From an uncultured Candidatus Micrarchaeota archaeon (GTDB taxonomy: Archaea; Micrarchaeota; Micrarchaeia; Anstonellales; J096): a stretch of 64,000 nucleotides of DNA. Numbering within the stretch: position 1 is the stretch's first letter; each line of letters begins with the position of its first letter. The notes beneath the pieces are model-generated. The model made no database searches and had not been told where the DNA came from. It saw only the letters and a list, made by a program, of their open reading frames with translations. This document shows, one piece after another, positions 62,881 through 64,000 of this stretch. Location: NCBI GenBank assembly GCA_938083015.1, contig CALKCX010000003.1, positions 14,793 through 78,792 on the forward strand. Reading direction: 5' to 3'. The position numbers were made by a program, and so were the translations under genes.

Positions 62881-64000
62881 ATGCAAAACCACGAATATGA
62901 TGTAGTAATAGTTGGTGCTGGTCCTGGAGGATCAGGTACTGCGTTACATCTTAAAGATTCAGGATTAAAGATTGCTTTGCTAGATAAACATAAATTTCCT
63001 AGAGATAAAACTTGTGGAGATGGAATAAGTGGCAAATCGTCTACGATATTGAAAGAACTTGGACTGTTTGATAAGATTTTTGAATTGCCCCATGGTCCTG
63101 GCTATGGAGTCTGGATGAGTGGTCCAAATGGAGTAGATTTAATAGTAGATTCTAGACAAGAAAATCCAAATGCAAAACCTCATGGAGCTGTAATAAGAAG
63201 ATATGATTTTGATAATTTTCTGTTTAATAATGCGAAGCAAATGCCAAATGTAGATGCTTTTGAACAATATACTGTATTTGATCTAATAAAAGAAGAAAAT
63301 AATTATGTTGGTGTATTGGCAAAAGATAAAGATGGGAATACTCATGAATTTAGAGCTAAGATCATAATCGGGGCAGATGGGGCAGGTTCAGTAGTTGCCA
63401 GTAAACTAGGAGTAGCTATAAGAGATCCAGATCATTATGTATCGGCAGTAAGAGCTTATTACGATGGAGTAGAAGGAATGAGAGAAGTAATTGAAATACA
63501 TTTCGTTGAACAAGCGTTACCTGGGTACTTTTGGATATTCCCATTAGAAGGCAAAAAGGCCAATGTAGGTATAGGTATGTTAGATAGAGATATGAGAAAA
63601 AATAAGGTAAATCTGGCACAACTTATGGAAAATCTTATAATGCAACATCCTAAATTCAAAGATAGGTTTGCTAATGCGAAAAGATTGACCAATATCGTTG
63701 GTTGGACTTTACCTTTAGGATCTAAGAGAAGAAAACCATATTTTAACCATGTATTATTAGTAGGCGATGCTGCTGCTTTAATAGATCCATTAACTGGAGA
63801 GGGAATAGGAAATGCTTTGTTATCATCTAAACTTGCAGCAATTACTATAAAAGAGGCATTTCAAAAGAATGATTTCTCAGAAAATACGTTGAAAATGTAC
63901 GATCAATTGCTAAAGAAGCATCTTGATCCTGAACTTCAAACAATGTATAGAATACAAAGACTAGGGTCTGTAAAATGGTTATTAAATCATTTCTTCAATA
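62881..64000 (+). CDS. Geranylgeranyl reductase family FAD oxidoreductase, partial, runs off the window end
   Basis: Not in the ORF track. MQNHEYDVVIVGAGPGGS...FPRDKTCGDG, IIGADG, PGYFWIFP, LVGDAA...PLTGEGIG. Confidence 0.9.
   Translation, partial: MQNHEYDVVIVGAGPGGSGTALHLKDSGLKIALLDKHKFPRDKTCGDGISGKSSTILKELGLFDKIFELPHGPGYGVWMSGPNGVDLIVDSRQENPNAKPHGAVIRRYDFDNFLFNNAKQMPNVDAFEQYTVFDLIKEENNYVGVLAKDKDGNTHEFRAKIIIGADGAGSVVASKLGVAIRDPDHYVSAVRAYYDGVEGMREVIEIHFVEQALPGYFWIFPLEGKKANVGIGMLDRDMRKNKVNLAQLMENLIMQHPKFKDRFANAKRLTNIVGWTLPLGSKRRKPYFNHVLLVGDAAALIDPLTGEGIGNALLSSKLAAITIKEAFQKNDFSENTLKMYDQLLKKHLDPELQTMYRIQRLGSVKWLLNHFFN

Overview
A strongly AT-rich, extremely gene-dense archaeal chromosome segment. 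Gene content, short proteins and minimal intergenic spacers suggest a DPANN archaeon, most plausibly Micrarchaeota-like (inference). Most of the window is core information-processing genes: ribosomal proteins, RNA polymerase subunits, exosome, EF-2, aRF1, MCM, aCPSF1, four aminoacyl-tRNA synthetases, SecDF and fibrillarin. It also holds a Tad/type IV pilus assembly operon, lipid and amino-sugar enzymes, three tRNAs (one with an intron) and a stand-alone 5S rRNA. Features absent from the ORF track are two C/D-box guide sRNAs, a 49-aa cysteine-free Rpo12-like gene at the canonical rpoP position, and partial genes at both window ends. The main candidates for novel biology are two proteins with a lytic-transglycosylase (SLT) fold. 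One is a signal-less protein with tandem TusA/SirA-like domains and an intact catalytic ES motif. The other is a Cys-rich lipoprotein joining a degenerate GH-A-like barrel to a degenerate SLT, in an operon with a wHTH/coiled-coil protein and a cupin. Together they hint at a cell-wall-glycan attack or adhesion system in an archaeon. Also notable are palindromic TTTAAA boxes apparently shared by divergent leaderless genes and a probable non-catalytic tRNA-splicing endonuclease subunit. No CRISPR array, transposon or provirus was seen. All protein assignments are by motif recognition; no database searches were run.
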